A stretch of 64,000 bases of DNA, taken from the NCBI GenBank assembly GCA_963665665.1, contig OY762428.1, forward strand, positions 5,056,001 through 5,120,000. The letters are read 5' to 3'. Position 1 is the stretch's first letter; the number at the start of each line of letters is the position of its first letter. The position numbers and the translations under genes were made by a program. Positions 59,722-64,000 of the stretch are shown in pieces. The notes under the pieces are model-generated. The model was not told the origin of the DNA. It ran no database searches and worked only from the letters and a program-made list of their open reading frames with translations. Source of the DNA: Candidatus Kapaibacterium sp. Its GTDB lineage: Bacteria; Bacteroidota; Ignavibacteria; Kapaibacteriales; UBA2268.

Positions 59722-61452
59722 ATGAAGGTCCAGAAAAGAATAGCAATGATATTTATCGTGTCGCTCGTGTTATTGCTTTTAACAATTGTTGCATACCTAT
59801 ATATTAATAAGGTCGGCCATGAGAATATCCAGGCAGAGGAATTGAAAGCCAAGGAATATGCCGTGGATATTGCAATACAGAACTCAGGCGACTACCTGAT
59901 GAAATTTGCTGTGGATTATACTCTCTGGGATGAATTGGTAAGATTCATAAATAAGTATGATTCAGCCTGGGCCGGTGATAATATTAATACTCTGATAAAA
60001 ACAACCCATATTAAGTATGTCTGGATATTCAACCAAAACAGAGATATTGTTCATTATCTACAGGATAAATCTTACCCGAAGATTGAAACACCGCTTTCTT
60101 CATACTGTATTAAAAAGATAATGTCGGGCAAGAAATATTCAAAGCACAGGTTTTGTCATTTTTATTTGCGGCATGATGATATAATTATCGAAGTTGCCGG
60201 AGCCACGGTTCATGGTTCCGATGATATTGACAGGAAAACCAGGCCGGAAGGGTATTTCTTCATTGCCAGGATTATTGATTCAGTAAGTATTGATGATCTT
60301 GAAATTCTGACCAACAGCGAGGTTCAGTTAGAACTTGATACCGGTAAAGTTCATGAAATTGGTGATTTTGAAACATTTATCGAAAAAAGGCTCAGAAATC
60401 AGAATGGACTGCCCATCGCAAAATTATTTTTTATAAGCGAAGATAAAATCGGAAGGTCGGAAGATAAATTCTCCAAAATATATCTTGCCGTGAATATTGT
60501 TGTTATTCTAATATTGATGATATTTACTTTCACTATGATCAAGAAAAATGTCAGCACCCCTCTTGGAAGAATCGCAAAAAGCCTTGATACAGGGGATGTA
60601 AAACATATTCAGCTAACAAAATCAAGGGACGATGAGTTCGGGCAAATTGCAATGCTGATCGAGGAATCTTTCAGGTACAGGGAACAGCTTGAAAACTCTT
60701 CCGAACAGATTCAGTTTAAAAATGATAAATTGCAGGAACTGAATGCCACTAAGGATAAATTCTTTTCAATTATTGCCCATGACCTGAAAAATCCTTTCGG
60801 TGTGATTTTGCAAACTACGGAATTCCTTGCCAATCCTGATTATGACCATAGTAAAGAAGAATTTATGGATTTTTCCAAAGATTTGAATTTTACTGCTAAG
60901 AATCTTTTCAATCTTTTGGAAAACCTTCTTACCTGGGCAAGGTCGCAAAAAGGCACGATTAAATTTGAGCCTTCAACGCAAAAAATCCATGATCTTAGTG
61001 AAACTACGAAATCGGTTCTCAATACACAGGCCTATGCTAAAAAGATCACTATCATCAATAATGTTGCTGAGGATATTGTTTGCGATTGTGACAGAAATAT
61101 GATACTAACAGTATTCAGGAACCTGACATCAAATGCTATTAAATTTACTAATGAAGAAGGTGAGATCAGGCTGTCCGGCAAAATAAACGATAGCGGAGAG
61201 GCAGAATTCAGTGTAAGTGATAACGGTGTCGGGATGTCCGATGAAAATATGAAAAAACTTTTCCGGATAGATGTTAATGTTTCAACTATCGGTACTTCCC
61301 AGGAAAAGGGAACGGGGCTGGGGCTGATACTCTGCAAAGAGTTTGTGGAAAGGCACGGCGGCAGAATATGGGTGGATAGCAAAATTGGCGAAGGATCGAA
61401 ATTTTCTTTCACACTGCCTTTGAAACAGGAAATAATTGAGGAATCAAAATAG
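59722..61452 (+). CDS. CHASE4-domain sensor histidine kinase
   Basis: TM, DYTLWDE CHASE4-like motif, TM, HAMP-like segment, FFSIIAHDLKNP, NAIKFT, GTGLGL. Confidence 0.88.
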   Translation: MKVQKRIAMIFIVSLVLLLLTIVAYLYINKVGHENIQAEELKAKEYAVDIAIQNSGDYLMKFAVDYTLWDELVRFINKYDSAWAGDNINTLIKTTHIKYVWIFNQNRDIVHYLQDKSYPKIETPLSSYCIKKIMSGKKYSKHRFCHFYLRHDDIIIEVAGATVHGSDDIDRKTRPEGYFFIARIIDSVSIDDLEILTNSEVQLELDTGKVHEIGDFETFIEKRLRNQNGLPIAKLFFISEDKIGRSEDKFSKIYLAVNIVVILILMIFTFTMIKKNVSTPLGRIAKSLDTGDVKHIQLTKSRDDEFGQIAMLIEESFRYREQLENSSEQIQFKNDKLQELNATKDKFFSIIAHDLKNPFGVILQTTEFLANPDYDHSKEEFMDFSKDLNFTAKNLFNLLENLLTWARSQKGTIKFEPSTQKIHDLSETTKSVLNTQAYAKKITIINNVAEDIVCDCDRNMILTVFRNLTSNAIKFTNEEGEIRLSGKINDSGEAEFSVSDNGVGMSDENMKKLFRIDVNVSTIGTSQEKGTGLGLILCKEFVERHGGRIWVDSKIGEGSKFSFTLPLKQEIIEESK

Positions 61453-61453
61453 A

Positions 61454-62329
61454 ATGAGATATTTAATCTTTCTATTAGCAGCATGTGGTTTAGTGTCCTG
61501 TAGTGAGGATAGTAGTTCGATTGAACAAGACAACCTGAATATTGGAACCTTTAATATTCAGTGGCTTGGCGACGGCATCGAGGATATAGTTCATCGTGAA
61601 AATTCAGATTACGAACGAATAGCAGAAGTAATTGAAGATTGTGGTGCTGATATAATGGCTCTTCAGGAAATTGAAAATCAGGCGGCTCTTACTAAAGTTC
61701 TGGGTTTTATCCCTGAGTATTCCGGATTTGTCCTGGGTGGCGAAGCAGGGCAGAACGTGGGCCTGATTTACAAACCCGGTATTGAAGTTAGCAATATTGA
61801 AAGTCTGCCGCAGCTTATTGTTAAGCCTGGAAAAACAAGAGCGGGACTTGACCTGAATGTTAAATTCGGAGAATTTGATTTCAGGATGCTGGTTGTTCAT
61901 CTTAAATCAACATCAAGATACGACAGTACCGACGAGATGCGGGAAAATTCAATAATATGGCGAAGGCAGCAAGTTGATTTTATAAATTACTGGGTTGACT
62001 CGCTCGTTTCAAATTCTGAAGAAAAGGATTATATTATACTTGGTGATTTCAACGATTATCCCGGAAAGTTAAATAATTCCACAATGGATTCCCTGATAAA
62101 TAATTCCGGCCTTGAAATATTGAGTTCAGGTTTGAAAAGCTGCAAGGATAAGAACTGGAACTCTATAGACCATATCATTGTTACAGAATCTGCTGCCGGG
62201 CGATATAAGCCGAAATCAGTCAGAATGTGGAATTTCCGCAGTGCTTATCCTGACGAAGAGGCTGATAAAATCTCAGATCATTGTCCCGTTATTGCAGGTT
62301 TCGATGCTACAGCCAAAGATAATGATTGA
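61454..62329 (+). CDS. Endonuclease/exonuclease/phosphatase-family lipoprotein
   Basis: Lipobox LVS-C; TFNIQW, LQEI, HLKS, GDFN, IDHI, SDHCPV. Confidence 0.88.
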   Translation: MRYLIFLLAACGLVSCSEDSSSIEQDNLNIGTFNIQWLGDGIEDIVHRENSDYERIAEVIEDCGADIMALQEIENQAALTKVLGFIPEYSGFVLGGEAGQNVGLIYKPGIEVSNIESLPQLIVKPGKTRAGLDLNVKFGEFDFRMLVVHLKSTSRYDSTDEMRENSIIWRRQQVDFINYWVDSLVSNSEEKDYIILGDFNDYPGKLNNSTMDSLINNSGLEILSSGLKSCKDKNWNSIDHIIVTESAAGRYKPKSVRMWNFRSAYPDEEADKISDHCPVIAGFDATAKDND

Positions 62330-62462
62330 TGTTTTTGGTAGTTCCGTCATTAATTTTACCATCAAAAATATATAAATCCAGGCATTTGTATTATTTTAAT
62401 TGGCAGTTTGCCTTGTAATCATTTACATAAGCTAAACTTAAATGTTAGCAATGATTTTCTGT

Positions 62463-63209
62463 TTATAGTTTTGTTCCTACATAATGCCTTAGCATATCGT
62501 TCCATGATTTATAATCGTGAGAATAGTTCTCATTCCAAATGTCAGTGTGGTGAGTAATACCTTTATGAAAAAGAATATTCGAAAAATGTCGGGTCTCCTC
62601 AGGAGTTTCCCCTTCTCCGGAACCTGAAGCAATATAGATATGCTTTCTGCTGCGCAGGTAGGAAAGCCAGTAATCATCATTTAATAATGAAATGAAATCT
62701 TTCGGGGAATTGTAATAGCAGTTGTCATCAAAATATCCACCCGTAATTCTGCGAATATCATAGAAAGAACTAAGCGAGAAAGTACCTATTATCAGGTCAG
62801 GCCTGCGGAAAAATATATTTGCTGCGTGATAACCGCCATAGGAGGCTCCGGCAGTCAACATTGGTACAGCGCCGCCGGAACTGTCAAAAATAATTGGAAT
62901 TACTTCCTCATTCAGAAATTCATTGTAAGCAGCATGTTTTTGGGATTTTTCCTCGTTGGTGCATTGCGGACAAAGCCAGTTTTCCCTGTTAATTGAAGGA
63001 ATTGAATATACTTTGAACCGCCCGGAATTAATAAAATCCTCAATGGATTCTATCATACCGTTTTCCTCGGGTTCCAAAGGATCGTCGCTTAACGCCGGAA
63101 AAAGCAAAAGGGCATAACCAAAATGGCCGTAAGTTATAATTTTTCTTTCAGCGCCAATTTTTTTACTATTGAACCTGATAACTTCACGTTTCATTAAGTA
63201 TCCTTGCAA
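62463..63209 (-). CDS. Esterase-family alpha/beta hydrolase
   Basis: YGHFGYALLLFP, GASYGG nucleophile motif, HD near the C-terminus. Confidence 0.82.
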   Translation of the reverse strand: MQGYLMKREVIRFNSKKIGAERKIITYGHFGYALLLFPALSDDPLEPEENGMIESIEDFINSGRFKVYSIPSINRENWLCPQCTNEEKSQKHAAYNEFLNEEVIPIIFDSSGGAVPMLTAGASYGGYHAANIFFRRPDLIIGTFSLSSFYDIRRITGGYFDDNCYYNSPKDFISLLNDDYWLSYLRSRKHIYIASGSGEGETPEETRHFSNILFHKGITHHTDIWNENYSHDYKSWNDMLRHYVGTKL

Positions 63210-63272
63210 AAAGGTATAATCAAATATCTAACTTGAAACGTAATTTTCTAATTTTAATTGTGAAATAAAATT

Positions 63273-63878
63273 TTATAAATTATATACATCCTTCAAAATT
63301 TTTACGAGGTTCATTGCTGCATTGTTCCTGTGGCTGATAGCATTCTTCTCGTCAGCAGACATTTCAGCGAAAGTTCTGCTATGGCCAAGGGGAACAAACA
63401 GTGAATCATATCCGAAACCACCGCGGCCTTTTTCCTCGCGTATTATCCTGCCTTCGCATTTACCGACTGCATACCTAACAATATCCATGTCAACAAGGCA
63501 AATCACTGTCCTGAATCTGGCAGTTCTCTGATTATCATCAGTACCGTCGAGTAATTCAAGAGCTTTATTCCTGTTGGCGGCATCATTGCCATGCTCTCCG
63601 GCAAAACGTGCCGAATAAACTCCCGGCTGACCGTTTAAAGCATCAATTTCAAGTCCTGTATCGTCGGCTATTGCAGGCATACCGGAAACTTCGTGAAAAG
63701 CCTTTGCCTTGATCAGCGAATTTTCTTCAAAAGTTGTTCCAGTTTCCTCGGGGTCAATATTGTTTTCAAGAACTTCTGCCGGGAGCAACAGCTGAACCTG
63801 ACCCGGTATCTCGCGGTCAAATATCTGCTGAATTTCTTCCTGTTTATGTTTGTTGTTCGAACCGAGTAATATTTTCAT
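63273..63878 (-). CDS. rdgB: Non-canonical purine NTP pyrophosphatase (RdgB/HAM1)
   Basis: SNNKHK, ENSLIKA, ADDTGL, PGVYSAR, GFGYD, KNAISHR. Confidence 0.95.
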   Translation of the reverse strand: MKILLGSNNKHKQEEIQQIFDREIPGQVQLLLPAEVLENNIDPEETGTTFEENSLIKAKAFHEVSGMPAIADDTGLEIDALNGQPGVYSARFAGEHGNDAANRNKALELLDGTDDNQRTARFRTVICLVDMDIVRYAVGKCEGRIIREEKGRGGFGYDSLFVPLGHSRTFAEMSADEKNAISHRNNAAMNLVKILKDVYNL

Positions 63879-63901
63879 AATTCTCTGATTAAAGTTTCTG
63901 A

Positions 63902-64000
63902 TTACAGTTTTTTCAATATAATTTTTTGTTCAGAATCCTGCTGGGAATTTTTAAAGAAATCTTTCACATCTTTGAAATTTTCCGTTTTGATTTTATCTTC
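63902..64000 (-). CDS. C-terminal fragment of an upstream gene (possibly DUF3857/transglutaminase-like family)
   Basis: Hand translation EDKIKTENFKDVKDFFKNSQQDSEQKIILKKL*. Family guessed from the terminal pattern only. Confidence 0.4.
   Translation of the reverse strand, partial: EDKIKTENFKDVKDFFKNSQQDSEQKIILKKL

Overview
This is a 64-kb, AT-rich bacterial chromosome segment from the FCB superphylum. Several T9SS C-terminal sorting domains, TAnnTTTG-type promoter elements, a chemoreceptor and a fused Kgd-type 2-oxoglutarate dehydrogenase fit Ca. Kapabacteria or Ignavibacteria; this placement is inference. Most of the window is housekeeping or metabolic: tilS, hpt, icmF, nrnA-like, kbl, serC, tag, sucA/kgd, rdgB, glycosyltransferases and two orphan histidine kinases. 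Three things stand out. (1) Bases 1-11943, all on the minus strand, form a surface-structure locus. It has two large T9SS cargo proteins that share a conserved domain and a conserved ~75-bp upstream operator. These are followed by four paralogous pilin-like genes, a PapD-like chaperone and an usher-like gene cut off by the window edge and missed by the ORF track. This is a candidate chaperone-usher pilus in a lineage known mainly for type V pili and T9SS. (2) TilS carries a ~740-aa in-frame N-terminal extension of AT-hook-like and histone-H1-like tandem repeats. (3) A two-block 21-bp minisatellite at 55074-55451 reads on the minus strand as a protamine-like basic ORF with one internal stop. 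There is also a small defence-like pair (Schlafen/AlbA_2-domain protein and Mrr). No rRNA, tRNA, CRISPR array or transposase was recognised. All family assignments come from motif recognition by eye, not from database searches.
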